A DNA stretch of 64,000 bases from assembly GCA_001600815.1 (NCBI GenBank), contig BCKZ01000003.1, positions 1,227,474 to 1,291,473 on the forward strand, written 5' to 3'. The translations under genes were made by a program, and so were the position numbers. The notes beneath the pieces were generated by a model, which worked only from the letters and a program-made list of their open reading frames with translations, had not been told where the DNA came from and did no database searches. Within the stretch, counting starts at the first letter, position 1. Each line of letters starts with the position of its first letter. The DNA comes from Alloascoidea hylecoeti. Lineage: Eukaryota. This document shows, in pieces, positions 33,022 through 47,234 of this stretch.

Positions 33022-35313
33022 TTAATTATCAGTTGAATCATCGCTTCCAATTGATTTAAATTCTTTGAGAAACTTGAAAGTATCATGTTCAAGCAAAGTG
33101 ACAATGCTTTGAGGGGAATATTTAGCTTGCACTTTACTCATAACTTTGGTCTGTCCTTCTTCTGCTACCAACTCTTTAAAAGCAATCAGCAGTTTAGGAG
33201 AAAATTCTGTATACCACCGATGATTCCACGCAATCAATTGTACAATACTTTCCAATAATTTATCACCCACACTCTCCTGTAAAGCAAGAGAAACTGAGGG
33301 TCTTTTCCGATATTGTGTCTGGAGTTTTCTGTGATATTCAAGTAATTTCCATGTAACACGGTACGAAAATCTCCCTTTGAGACTATTATGGAAAGCCTCT
33401 ACTGCATCTTCAAAATGATTCAAACGATAAGCAACCATACCTAAAATCTCCCACTCGATCGAAGACTTTTGATAAGCCAATTTCTGAGATTTATGATACG
33501 ACATTTCAGCTTGCCAAACAGTAAACACTCTAAGATCTTCATACAACACCATAAAGAGGTTATCCAGCCATCTTTCACATAAACGCTTATTTTTGAAAGG
33601 TGCAGAAACTGATTCCTTAGATTTCAATCGTTTGCCTTCATCGCTAGATTCAATATTTAGAGTACTCTTACCATTGACATTTCCATTTCCATTAGATAAG
33701 GTGGTTGAAGACTCTCCATTAGTTTCTTCTGAAATGCTTGCCTCATGACCAGGAACATTGGGCGCTTGACCTGATGACAAACTTCTAGTTGAGGCATTAA
33801 TTTGTGTTTTTTCTTTTCTATATTCTTCCTCCATAACAAAAACATTACTCCTCAATTTCAGCAACGCATCCCATCCAGTTCGGTGGACAATCTCCGTTAA
33901 CAATTCATAAGCCTTGCCAAAAGTAGAACGCAAATTTGGTGCTGGTAACTTAAGTAGGGCGACATCTGTAATTTCCTCGTTAGGGGTATTAAGCTCCCAT
34001 ACATCATCGAGTACTCCGGTGGTCGGAAGAGGTAAGTGTAGTTTAACAGGCTGCGGCATTCTTCCAAAATCATTTCCTTGATTAGCATACATAGGACATG
34101 AATTTAACGTCAATAATGCTTGTTCAAATTCTCCTCTTGCAACGTAAACTTTGACGAGTTTATTCCAGGCTTGGAATTCTGACGGTGATGAGTTAACAGC
34201 TTTTGTGGCACTAGATAATGCTAAATCATTTCTTTCCTTATCCAAACAAAATTGAGCTTGGAGCTGTAGTAAATCTGTATCTAATGGATTTTCTTTAATT
34301 CCTTCATACATAACCTGAACTGCTTTCACTTCTTCATTTTTCATTAATAAAAGTTTAGCAATTAGTACCACAACAGATGGTTCTCGCTTTTGAAGATTTC
34401 GTAATATTTCAATTGCTTCATCATATAAACTTGTTATTTCCACATACGTTAAAAATGCATCCACAAGGTAATTATTCACAACAGTTGGGACTTGAATTTC
34501 AGGTTGAGACCCTAGTTGAACGCCTCTTAGAAATAGTGATTCGAAAGCTTTCAAAGCCCTTTTGGAACTGGAAATGTTAAGAAGTGGATTTAATCGTCTA
34601 CATCCAGCAACATAATTCGTCTCATCATCGGCAAATATGATAGACCTTACCAAAGCACTAACAAATACTTCGTCCCACATTTCGTCTGTGGCCAGTTTCT
34701 TACTACCTTTTTGATCCACTACGTAAGCATCAACAGAGCCCGGGATTTCCACATGAACTCGAATATCATTCTTTGCAAAAGCATTATAGCAGCAGTAGAC
34801 ACCGGACTTCATTTTCCATTGGATATGCTTACCAAACCATATTTGGTTTTCTCCAAGTGAATATGTTAATATATTTAGATAAGCTGCTATCGAGGCTGAA
34901 CTAGAAGTTTCCAAACCGGTAACATAGTGATAAGTCCCAACCTAAAATTGATTAATGGGGGTCAGAATTAATGAACAGAGTTTCAATTGGATAAATCAAA
35001 CATTACACACCTCTTTGTTAGCCTGTTGTTTATAAACCTTGGTGACCTGGACCAAATCTTGAGGGCCAAGTTTCTGAAAGGTGGGCAAAGAAGCAGTTCT
35101 TGCACCAATGGACTCCCCAACCTCAGTTTCTTGTAGTCTGAAAATGAATTGTTAGCTAAAAATAGTAAAATATGGAGGTATACCGAGGGTAGTAGATATT
35201 ATTGTCCATATGGTTTCAGCTATAAAATACTTCACCCCATTGAAAGTAAATAACACCTCGGATCATTAGTATAAGACTTACTCTGGGACGGCTATTTGAT
35301 GAGTACTTCCCAT
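33022..35313 (-). CDS. BCH1: Exomer cargo adaptor, ChAPs family (Bch1/Bud7-like); join(35313..35282, 35137..35011, 34941..33022)
   Basis: Two introns (GTAAGT...GCTAAC...CAG; GTGTGT...CTGAC...TAG) restore PELQETEVGESIGART...LGPQDLV...GTYHYVTGLETSSSASIAAYL; TPR region; KRLCERWLDNLFMVLYEDL. Confidence 0.85.
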
Positions 35314-35526
35314 TTCGGTGTTAAACTATCTTGTTTAACTTATTAACGTGTTTAATTTCAAAGGTGTTCTCTCAGAATTCCCAGGCTCCCTAATAAATCT
35401 GAGCCGGGTAACTCAACATTAAAATAGAGTATATTTGGGTCCATTTGGGTAAATGTGAGACTCGATAATTGAATGAAAAATCACCAATTCATCATCAAAT
35501 TTAAAGCTATCAAAATCTTTCCCAGG

Positions 35527-36102
35527 ATGAAAAGATTCACAACCGTCGGCATTCGATCTTTGAGATCTTTACAAGATCATACCGCATTGTCAACCTTACT
35601 ATTATCAACAAGACAGTTTTCCAGCAGCAGATTCACAACTAAAGATAGCACTAAAGAAGATATTTCAATACAACCAAAAACTCAAACACCTCAAGCACCG
35701 GGTTTAAGCAAAGTGAGATCTAAAGTTCCATATAACAAAAAGTACGATCTGACTCAATTTAAGCAAGATGGTCCTCTATATGCCTCTCTTAGAATACACA
35801 ACAGGCCATATCTTGTTACGGTGGGAGACAATTTGACATTAAACTTCAGATTAAAAGATGCGGAGGTTGGAAATATCTTACATTTTACAGATATTGCTTC
35901 GGTCGGCTCTCGAAACTATATTCTTACAGGAATTCCGGCCGTTGATACGCAAACTGTGTCAGTAAAGGCTCGTGTTATTGAGAAAACCAAAGAGCCCATG
36001 CGATTTAAGTACATCACAAAGCGAAGAAACAGAAAAGTGAAAAGAATTGCTACTAAGTTACCACATACTGTTTTGTGTATCACTGAAATCAAACTTCTTT
36101 AA
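35527..36102 (+). CDS. MRPL49: Mitochondrial ribosomal protein bL21m
   Basis: Presequence-like N-terminus; LYASLRIHNRPYLVTVGD, VGSRNY, RVIEKTKEP...KRRNRKVK. Alternative ATG at 35473. Confidence 0.9.
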   Translation: MKRFTTVGIRSLRSLQDHTALSTLLLSTRQFSSSRFTTKDSTKEDISIQPKTQTPQAPGLSKVRSKVPYNKKYDLTQFKQDGPLYASLRIHNRPYLVTVGDNLTLNFRLKDAEVGNILHFTDIASVGSRNYILTGIPAVDTQTVSVKARVIEKTKEPMRFKYITKRRNRKVKRIATKLPHTVLCITEIKLL

Positions 36103-36107
36103 ACCGT

Positions 36108-36110
<3 letters not shown>

Positions 36111-36138
<28 letters not shown>
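36111..36138. repeat. (AT)n microsatellite
   Basis: Run of about 14 AT units just downstream of MRPL49. Confidence 0.9.
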
Positions 36139-36143
<5 letters not shown>

Positions 36144-36632
36144 CATAAACAGTTTATGTACCTGAATGTCAAGAATCTTCAATGTATATAGTTTTCATGA
36201 CTTTACTGTTATCAGAGTTAATCGAGGTCGGAATATATGTTGACTCGACTATTTAGTATTATCATTGCATAAATTAATTTCAATTATGATAGCATTATTT
36301 AATTGTAGGATATTTAATTGTAAGTGGTGGTCGTAACATCTCCATTATTTTCAAATTTACGAAATCAGTCAGCTGGATAATTCTAATTATAATTTAACAA
36401 TGAATTGTACTCAATCACTTATAACACCAAATATTCAATAATAAGTAAGCTCAACTTGATCAAAATTGTGTTTTAATTGCTGGATTAGCTGCTTAATAAA
36501 TTTCTATTTATTTCTATTATATCTATATTCTTTATCCAGTTGAGTAACCTCCGTCTTTTTGTGGGTCTTTCAAGCATTCAGAGTCCAACAACAAATTCAT
36601 TAAAATTTACAAAATATTGATAATACAAATTC

Positions 36633-39600
36633 ATGGTCTCCATGCCACGTCACTTTCAATCAAGGAATAGTGATGATGACGCGCGTCTTCCAAACTTCTT
36701 ATTTGATGATAAGCTTATACCTATTATCACCAACTCCAGAGATGAAATATCAATGCTTAAAAATAGAGGTAGAAACGCCTCGCCATATCCGGCTATGGCT
36801 TACCCCAAAAGCCCAGAAACAATACACCGAGTGCTAAACAATTCTACGATAAATGAAGATGACGAAATTGATGAAGAAGAGATCCTAACCTCTCCTAAAG
36901 ATGATCTAAGCCTTAATGAACGTATTGATGAATTTTCCAAAAGACATTTAATGACTAAAAGCTACACCGCCTTTGATAACATAAACAATCCTAAATATCT
37001 TCAAAACTCATACAACAACCCGATCACCAAATTCAGACCAAGACAATCCAGTAATGTTTTACTTCCAACCTCGGAATTCCATGTCAATAGGCCCAAAAGT
37101 GGTATAGCAATGCCAGTTAGCGCGTATCGCCATATTAGAAACCCAAGTTCGAGATCAACAAGCGGATCAGTGCTGTGCTCGTCGACTCCATTTTACCCTT
37201 CTTCACCATCTCCTCCATCTTCGAATTTGGTATCCACAAGTCACAAAAGGGCACCTACTTTAGCTATACCAACTTCTGTCGCAACTCCCCCAACTGTTTC
37301 TAAAAATAGCCCCAGATCTTCACCACAATCATATAGGCAAAAACAATTACCACCGGTTCCACAACCAGAAAATGTCGAATCAACACCAACTGTAACAAGC
37401 GAAGATCAAGTATCTGAATTATCTTTTGGATCTCCTTTAACTTCTGAAAAGTTTTCTACTTCACGGCCCTCATCTCCATTACAGGTTATTGATGAGCATT
37501 TGCCTATGACGCCATCTGGTGTGGAACTTACTAGATCCAATAGAATCAACAGTGTAGCCATCACTACTACTCCACCTGGTCTCAATAAACTATACGAAGA
37601 AGAGGAGAGTGATGGTTTCAGTTTTAAAGAGGGTCCTTCTTCTCAGCCATCAGAGAATAATCGCAAAAGTGTTGCCATTTCGCCACGATCTAACATTTCT
37701 TCCTCTCCATTTTCTGAGCTAATTAGTTTTGCTGATTTCGACCCTTCTATTGGTAGTGACTATTGGCTTGAGGAGGCCCTATCTCATACAGTAGAGCCCC
37801 CTAAAACTTTCAACAGACATCAGGAGAGACGGTGTTCTTCGAGTGGGAATGAAATATTCTCACCTGTTGTTGTTTCTTTCAATGCAAATATTCCACAAGA
37901 GTGGAGCGAAGAACGAGTTACTGCCTGGTTACGGCAAAACAAATTCGGTGAAGATTGGATTGAAACTTTTAAAAAGAATAATGTAAGCGGTTCTAAATTT
38001 CTTTCTCTTGTAAACTATGAAAGATTAAAGATTTTGGGCCCTTTGTCCACTGGAATTAACAATTCTACAAGTCCTTCGAAATTTATCTACTTATTACGGC
38101 GAACAATCAATAAATCATCGTCATCATCAGGAAATACCATTTCTGGGTCTGTTTCTTCTACTGGTCAATCCATTGTAAAACCTGCAACAAGTCCTTCCAG
38201 CTCTGAAGCATACCGTTCCAATATTAAAAACGTTGATTATAACACAACCCAAGACACCCCATCAAGCGCTGACCATGATAGACCCAAGTCAGATCCAAGT
38301 ATACGAGATTCAACAGCTTCGAAACTCGTGCCAACAACATCTGTCCCCGATACTACTCAACCACTAACATTACTTTTTGGTTATCCTAAACGCAAATTTG
38401 TCCGCAAAAGGTCCATAGACGAAACTGTATCATCACCTAATACATATGCAGTAGAGGCTAACTCGCCCAAAGCTTCTTCTAAAAATTATAACACGTTGCC
38501 ATGGCCAGCGCAGGTAAGTACACATGTAATATGTAAGGCATGGGTAGTACTAACGCAAATTGCTCTTTTTTTATTCATTTATAATTAATTTTTTATTCAA
38601 TACATATTTAGACACATTCACCTACATCACCCTCTCAATCTAATCATAATCAGGTTAAAAGCAAACATTCGGGTTCAATCGATTCTTCTGCTGATACGTT
38701 AACAGGAGCCATCGCGCAACAGCTAGGCACCGAAAATTACGATATACAGGGTACATCTCCGACATTTTTACCTCAGCACCAACCTCCTCAAGATCATAGT
38801 AGCAGTAATTCGACTCCTCTTCCTGATCAAAGACATTTAATGAATAGGTTGAATACGTCTCTGGGGTCGGTTCAAACCTCCGACTCTTTTACAGATTATC
38901 AGGATTACCCAAGAAAGACTGGTGGGGGTATTTTGAAGAAGCTACGGAAACATAATTATAAGAAAGATGAACAGCGTCGAAGTCCTATTGTAAGTTATTC
39001 TATCTATTATGTTTTGTTATTTATATTTTCAACTCATTTTAATTTTCCCCTGACATAATTTAACATGTTGGAATCTATAGGAAATGCCTGTCAGTCCGAG
39101 TTTACGGAATAAATCCTCAGTTGAAAGTGTGAAAAGTTACCGCAGTTTTCATACATCATCAAACTCAGCCCAAACTTCATCAACCAACTCATCTAGTCTA
39201 TTCCCGAACAGTTTTAATAATAATCAATCAATTTTAGAAATAGATGAAAGATTTAAACCACAAAAACTTACGAAACCAGATCCAAATCCAGTCTATGTAT
39301 TAATAACGCGTGATAACAAGTCATTCATACCGATTAATATAAACAGTTGTACTACTATCGAGTCATTGAAAAAAACATTCTGCGAGGCATTGGTTGTTAG
39401 TGATTATATGGATGTGGCATATCACTTGACTGACTTTAACGCAAAAGAAGGAGAAGTGCTTGATGAAGAAACGTTTGAAAAGCTATTTAAAGCATCATTT
39501 ATAGTCACACCAGGAATTGTGGCAAAGCTATATCTGAATGCTACTCCAATAGGAACTTATTCTTCTAATAATTCTCGGTCCACTGATAGTTCGAATAGTA

Positions 39601-42492
39601 CACGTTATCCTCCAACTCCTCGATATATGTATAATAATAATCAGGAATCATCTCCAGAATATGTAAATAACTCGAGACCAAAGGAAGGAATATTGAAAAC
39701 TAACACAAAATTATCCGAAGCACTTTCTGCATCATCGGCCCCTTCAAGCCCATTGGCTAGAACGGGTATTTTAACATCAAGAGTGGCTGAACGGGAGAAA
39801 GCAAAAGCAGGTGAAATTGCAAGAGCAAAAGCTGAAATGGCCGGTATAAATTCACCAAGATCCGTTAAATCTCAATTATTACCTGATTTAAAGTCATCAA
39901 AATCTACAGTGACTACTTCATTTGAAGTGACTAAACCTGCATCGTCACCATCAATGACAAAAGGTTCATACGAATCAATTCAAAATCTAACTATTTCTTT
40001 ACCATCTTCTTCTCCAGTTTCTCCTGGTAGTTCTGGAACTGGAACACCTGCATCTGCATTTACGACTAATTCGGCTACGATTTCAACAGCAGCTGCTTTG
40101 AAGAATCCTCATTTAACTACCAAGCCTGCACATTATGATTCTTTTAGGATTATTCGACCCAAAAATAGAGGTGAGATTAATTTCAATGATAGAAGAACTT
40201 CTCCATACGATAATAGTTATAAACCAACTCCTGCATCTGGTGCATTAGTCCCCAAAAGATCCGCTCCACCACCTCCACAACATACCAGTAGTATCAGATC
40301 AACGAATTCGTTTCAACATGAGAAGAATCCAAGACCAATGTATGAAAATCAACCCATGATTATTCCAAGCGCCGCCAATACTACCTATCCTCAAAACTTA
40401 AGCATGATTGAAACAAATCCTCCAGAACCTCCGGAACCAATCACAATTTCAAAAAGTGATAATAATAGTATGAAGGAATGTATGAGTCCTAGTATTCTTG
40501 AACCAACGAGATTTCCAAATCTTACAGAAATGTCTAAGACTAGCAGCTTAAGAAGTCAACGTTCTGACATGTCAGAACAGATCAATAATTATAAACGTCA
40601 TATTTCATTACGCAGAGCTGGTTCAAGACTTTCAGGAACGCATAGTATACGGTCGCAACGTTCTGAAGATAAATTTAAAGAAAATGAGATTTCATTTGAA
40701 GGAGTCTCCGTTGAAGAAGATGAATCCAATGAAGATGATGATGATAGTGATAGTGATAGTGATGATGGATTATGGGCAAAGAAACCACCAAAATCTGAAA
40801 ATGAAAAAGTTGAAAATCATACTAATGCTAATATCAATACTAATAATATTACATCACACTTAGAGAAATTTAAAACTGAGAATGGACTTGGTAGATCTAA
40901 TTCATGGGCAGTTAGACCACCTGCTGAAGTGTTATATGAAAATCTTGAAAGATTTTTCCCAAATACTGATCTTGATAAACCAATTCTTGATGTTTCTATA
41001 GGATCTCCACCAACTTCACCAATTGCGGAGGTTTCAAGGAGCCAAGCATCATCACCGGCTACGGTTGTTCCTAGTAATTCTTTGCCTGAAAAATTGGATA
41101 CTGCTTCAAATGTGTTTTCACCTTCTATTACCAACGATGAGCGTAAAACTAAAAGTGGTGGTGTAGCAGGTACGGATTTAAGTAGGAAGCCGAGAGTGCG
41201 TAATGGGTCAGCTGGTGTAAGGAGAATGAAGACGATTAGAACTGTTGCAAGAGAAGCAAGTGAAGCCCATAAACGATACTCAAGACAATCAGCTCAGCAT
41301 CATGATGATAATAAGTTAGTCAGACGTCTGAGTACTAAAATGTGGGGACAGAAAGTTATTGAAGTGACACCAAAGGAAATAATGAATGGATATGTGAAAA
41401 GTACATTAAAAAATCAAAAGGGAGAGTTTAAGCAATTTGCATGGGTTAAAGGTGAATTGATTGGTAAGGGAACTTTTGGTAGAGTTTATCTAGCTCTTAA
41501 TGTTACCACTGGTGAAATGATTGCAGTTAAACAAGTTGATGTTCCAAAGCATGGCGCAACTACACAAGGATTACGAGAAGTTATTGATTCTCTTCATTCG
41601 GAAGTTTCTGCATTAAAAGATTTGGAACATTTAAATATTGTTCAATATTTAGGTTTTGAAGAAACCAAAGAACATTATAATTTATTCCTTGAATATGTGC
41701 CAGGTGGATCAGTTGGTTCATGTATAAGAATCCATGGTCGATTTGAAGAGCCATTAATACGGTTTATAACAATTCAAGTGTTACGAGGTCTAGCATATTT
41801 ACATTCATGTGGTATATTACATCGAGATTTAAAAGCGGATAATTTATTACTTGATCTTGATGGAGTTTGTAAAATTTCAGATTTTAATATTTCAAAAAGA
41901 AGTTCAAATATTTATGCAAATGATGCTGAAATGTCAATGCAAGGAACAATTTTTTGGATGGCACCTGAAGTTATTGATAATGTAGTTCATAATGAAAGGC
42001 AAGGGTATAGTGCAAAAGTTGATATCTGGTCTCTGGGTTGTGTAGTTTTGGAAATGTTCGCTGGTCGAAGACCATGGTCTAATTTAGAAGCTATTGGAGC
42101 AATTTATAAAGTAAGTATTACAAAATTTTGGAGACTTGTTTAGATAAAAACTAATTTCTATTATAGATTGGCAAAACTAAGCTTGCACCTCCTATTCCAG
42201 AGGATATTAAACCATATGTTTCAGAAGAAGGGAAAGATTTTATAGATCAATGTTTTCAGGTGTAAGTATTATATTATATTAATCTGAATATAAAAAGATA
42301 ATAATCATCTAATTTAAATATAATAGTGATCCCGAAAAAAGACCAACAGCAAAAGAACTTCTTAGACATCGATTTTGTAGGCAAACACCTGGCTTTAATT
42401 TTAATGTTACTAAATTGTCTCAAATGATTCGGGTTAATGGTCAACAAAAGAAGGAAGTTTTAAAGTCAATGGGTCAGGGTCAACAACAATAA
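36633..42492 (+). CDS. BCK1: Cell-wall-integrity MAPKKK; join(36633..38513, 38612..38989, 39081..42110, 42167..42261, 42327..42492)
   Basis: SAM-like WSEERVTAWL, WAVRPPAEVLYENLERFFP, KMWGQK, kinase GELIGKGTFG/HRDLKADNLL/MSMQGTIFWMAPE. Four GTAAGT..TAG introns give one continuous frame ending in APPIPED...DPEKRPTA. Confidence 0.92.
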
Positions 42493-42614
42493 ATGAAAAA
42501 AATAAAAAGGTTCAGCTACATCTTATGAAACTTTTCTTCTTTCTTTCTTTTCTTTTATAAATTAGAGTATTATTTATATTGATCATAGTACCCACTGTAT
42601 TATTTGTTTATTTG

Positions 42615-42855
42615 TTTTCATTTTCATTTTCATTTTCATTTTCATTTTCATTTTCATTTTCATTTTCATTTTCATTTTCATTTTCATTTTCATTTTCATT
42701 TTCATTTTCNNNNNNNNNNNNNNNNNNNNNNNNNNNNNNNNNNNNNNNNNNNNNNNNNNTTTTCATTTTCATTTTCATTTTCATTTTCATTTTCATTTTC
42801 ATTTTCATTTTCATTTTCATTTTCATTTTCATTTTCATTTTCATTTTCATTTTCA
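42615..42855. repeat. (TTTTCA)n hexamer microsatellite spanning an assembly gap
   Basis: Perfect TTTTCA repeats on both sides of the N-run at 42710-42759. Confidence 0.95.
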
Positions 42856-43320
42856 TTATAGTGAATTATCTAACTTTCATTAATATTTGTTACTATGTAT
42901 GCCTATATCATATTTTATAGTTTTTGACCTTATAAATACTCCCCCAAGCACAAGTGTTTAGATAAAACAGTGAAGTAACATCTGAGTTGCATTATTCAAC
43001 CCTTTGGGCATCGTATAGCATTGAAATATATCATATGACCAGACTTTCCACATAAATCGCAACTTTTCATACTTTTTGGTTTAGAATTTTATCTGTTATT
43101 ATTAAATAGAGTTTAGTGATAATATTTATGATCTTTGTTGCTGGTGTTGTCGTTGTAACTCGTGGTTGCAACAGAATCATGTTGTGGCATCTGAGTGTGC
43201 TAGGTCAATCCGAGCTCCGTGAACATATGCATATGCATTTATACCACACTGAACCTTTGAGAAATTAGATAGAGATTTAAGAGTTGATCACTCACAAAAC
43301 ACGGGGAAAGGGACTTCATA

Positions 43321-44344
43321 TTATAAGAAGCAGATAATTCTTTTCCCTAAATCCATCAACTTGTAAGAATCATTTATTAGAACTGCCGAAATTATAAATG
43401 GGCCATCTAAGTAAGGTTCACCTTTGTGTTTCTTAATTCTTTTTCTCATAACTAGATGTTTCCAAGGAACTGTGGGGTTTTCATACGCCATTTTAAACGA
43501 AACGCTTTTAATTAAATGGTTTAACTTTTCAAATTGGGCATTACTTTGCGGATTATAAACGCTAATTTTGCGTCTCTTTATTTTATTCTTTTCTAAATAA
43601 TTTTTAGAATTACCTGACACAAAAGCAGTACCATTGTCTGCAATAATAGAACTAATGGCTCCATGTTGGGCTTTAATAAATTCCATTAAGTTTAAAACAC
43701 CATTCGTATCTAGTGATATCACAGGCACCACATAACAACCATTGCTAAGCAAATCAATTGCACAAAGTATATATCGAAAATTTGAGTTGGTAAATATCGA
43801 TAGTAGTCCCGAATAGTCCAATGACCAAGTAGAATATTCTAAGGAGCGGTATGATTGGTTGTCTTTTTATCATAGATGGAGGTTTCACCATCACAGAACC
43901 AGCTCGACACTCAATAAGTACCCTATATAACTGAAGTTGAAATAAAGGTGTCCAGTACTTATCTTTCAATAATTTATTTAAAACACCAACAGAACAATGC
44001 CCAAATTCTATTTTTCAGCTAATTTAAAATATTTTTCATTTGATACAACCGAAACTAACTAGTCTTATTTCCACCTCATAAACTACCACAAAATCACTCA
44101 TCGTCCCCGAATTTAAAAAAACAAGAATCTAAATGCTTCCCATGGTTATTTTCTCAGACATCAAAGGTGTAATATCACACAAAGGTGTTTCACGATCATT
44201 TGGATGTTCAGCTGCATTAATATCACCATCAACTATCTCCTTCAAGTCATCCTCATATAGGAAGCGTAATATTCTAGGGTGAATACAATTCTTTAAGTCA
44301 CGAAATAGCGTATAAAGATTAATGGTCACTAAAAAAATAATCAT
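43321..44344 (-). mobile_element. Degenerate Ty3/gypsy-type retrotransposon remnant (integrase region)
   Basis: Integrase core DYSG...RYILCAID...IIADNGTAF...YNPQSNAQFEKLN, GPF..SAV C-terminal motif, and a broken zinc-finger region upstream; frameshifted and truncated. Confidence 0.8.
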
Positions 44345-44365
44345 ATCAACTCCAAGGATAATTGA

Positions 44366-44666
44366 CCAAAAGTGGTCGAGTGAAACGTTTATGTAATATA
44401 CACATGTATGATGCGGCCGAATATTTAACTGAAGAAGTGGTCGAATAGTTTATTAAAGAAATGGTCGAACCTTTATGCATGATGTGGGCTAATATTTAAT
44501 TTACAAAGTGGTCGAACAGTTTGCGCTTAAAGTAGTCTAATATTTATTGTGTCAAATGGTCGAATATCACTACTTCATGGTTTAATCATTAATTGAACTT
44601 ATGACAGATGGTATTTCAAATGTGGGTGAATATTTAGGTCTATGAATGGTGAATATTTACGCAAAG
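44366..44666. repeat. Degenerate 23-24 bp tandem array (core TGGTCGAATATTTA)
   Basis: Cores at 44373, 44414, 44438, 44462, 44485, 44509, 44533, 44557, 44578, 44623 and 44647. Confidence 0.75.
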
Positions 44667-45868
44667 TACTATACTAGATTTATCACTAATAGGTTTCCAG
44701 TATATAGCATATATACATGAAAGATTAGATCATTTAAAGATATAAGGTAGTGTGAAGTAATTTAGTTCTATTACCTTGATCCCATGACCATTTAGGAATG
44801 ATTTCCCTGGCCATAGCTCGTCGGTTCTTTATTTCTTTAGCTTCTTCGGACATTTTATTTTTGTAAAAATTTCTTTCCAACAGCTCGGCCCCCATGTGAT
44901 GGTTCTACAAAGGGTTGTAAAGCTTTACGTTAATTCCTTTGTATAATCCGGAACTTTCTTAGAAAGAGAAATCTGTTAAATTTGTTATTAATCCATAAAA
45001 GAGAAGTTTATTTACTCTATTTATTTGTTTTATTTGACTCGGATGTTTTTTTAGGTAACAATCGATCCCGAGTCGTATGATTAGACTTAGTTCTCCTTGT
45101 AGCCGTGTCACAAGGTAGTAGTATATATCCCTTTTTAATAAAACTTATAGGCTATCAGCTTTTAGCTGGTCAACTACAAATTGGTATTCAATATCGAAAG
45201 TTTATTTTAGAATTGTAGATTATTGTTTTTGTTTGATTATTATTACCAGTCTGTTATAATCAAAAGGAATTACAACGTTAACAGTATTATGTAGCACTAT
45301 CCAAAGTAGTATCTATTTTATCACGTGCCTTTCTACTCGAAATATATATAGGGAAGGTAATTATGCGATTCGACATGTAATCTGCTATTAGAAACTTACT
45401 TATAAAATCTCATTCACTGTACTTAAATGTTTCGTAAAATCATTAGGCCCCCTTTTTATAAATGATAGTAACGTGTTATAGCCGATTTGTAGTTGAACTT
45501 TTTAATTAATATTATAAAAAAAAGAGTGAGTAATTGTAGGATGATACGGTCGTGTGCTTCGCTAGTACGCCAAAAAGGTCAGTCGTTAAGATTTGTCATC
45601 TCAACAGAAAATTTATTCAATTTTTCTACATACATGGTAATAGTATATAGTTTATCGGCATTAAACTTTTATGTTATAAAACCATTACAAGTAATTATGT
45701 ATATGCATAGCAATTAAAGCGTATTCATTGTTTAGCGGCATGATGCATATGCATATGCATAAAACCAATTTCAACTTTCAATTTTGTCAATTATCAAACT
45801 TTCCAATTTTTTTAAGATTCCTAATTATTATTATTCATTAATTAATTACATTTATATACTCAACCCAG

Positions 45869-46888
45869 ATGTTTTTAACTTTTGGATTGAATGAACTGGA
45901 CATAGAAGCTCAAAATATATATTCCAACCTCCCGCAGCATGCAAGTGATTACTTCCAAATAAAAAATCTTTCAAGAAATAGCAACTCCCACGAAGCTCAA
46001 ATAACCAATTTACTGTTATTGAAAATGATAGACGATAATTCCTGAGTCATATTTTCCTAAAAAAAATGTAGCTTTAGCTGGTGTAAAATATACACGACCA
46101 TTCAATTTTGTTATGCCTGAAAAGTTATCAGAACCAATCGCAAAATGCGATCGGAAGAATCATTATCCAGTTCGTAGTCACATGGAGCTTCCACCTAGTT
46201 GTGGTGATGCCTCCTCTTATCGTTGGGATATGAAATTCGTTAATGGGTCTCGAAATTCTATCATTCGTGATCCACATGAATTGAAGTTGAGAAAAGACTC
46301 TGTTCAAAAGTCGAAGGCTAAGCCGTCAAAAGAAACTACTGCCCATACCACTTTTGCCTCATCGGATACTGAGAACTGTCACCATACAGATTGGAATTTT
46401 GATGATGAGCTTACTGCTATAAGAGAATTATTTCTCCCGTTGGTGTGTTTGTATTACTTATTATGTTAAAGCAACAATTGATAATAAGATTTTATCTGTA
46501 TTAAATTCTAACCTACCTATATGGAAACTATGGACACAATGGAAACTACCTAATTCGTCAATAGAAGCTATGTACAAGTTCAACTTTTTTTGTACCTTCA
46601 TATCCTCCTTCCCGTTGTGATGATAGGAGAGAAGCGATTTCCTCCACTGAATCAATCAATCTACTTCAATGATAAAAGTTATTATACCTCATTATGATCC
46701 TGTATTATACATAAATTTACCAGAATCAAGTGCTATTAGTTCATCAACAGCTTCATCTCTAAATGTGAACTCAAATCCTGTTGGAAATAAAAATATTGTA
46801 TTTCCAATCAAGTTCATATATAGACCGGTACCTATATCAATTAATGGGGTATTTCAGGAAGTCTCAATTACAAGATAATTCTTTATAA
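45869..46888 (+). pseudogene. Bul1-like alpha-arrestin pseudogene, copy B (internally deleted)
   Basis: Aligns by eye to the reverse complement of 15934-17490 (ITNLLLLKMIDD, PEKLSE, DWNFDDELT, IPHYDPVLY, FPIKFIY). Frameshifts, and about 585 bp of the C-domain is missing. Confidence 0.8.
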
Positions 46889-47234
46889 TACCTAATAATA
46901 GTTTTCATTGTATATGATTTAACAGAAAATGAAACATTTTATCAAATATAAATGAAGACCGTACCATTTAACTTATTTCTATCTTAAGGAAGAACTTCTA
47001 GGCCCATAATCAACTATAATAACCAAAATATGTTTGAACCTGGGAAACTACGTATTTAATACCACTGGTAATTATATCTGAGGTGTAATGTAAATACTCT
47101 TATAAAACATAACTTTTTGATAGTATTACTTCTACAGAGGTTAATTGATGTTATTTATATCTATAACTATATACGATAATGTCTATTTTATCTTTTCAAC
47201 TAATAAATCAGATGAATATTTTGGATACCCAAGA

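Noticed and set aside
42579..42920. ORFs with FS/FH/MK dipeptide runs
   Set aside because: Artefacts of translating the (TTTTCA)n microsatellite and N gap.
44366..44666. CRISPR-like array
   Set aside because: Eukaryotic context, degenerate ~14-bp cores, ~9-bp linkers and no cas genes.
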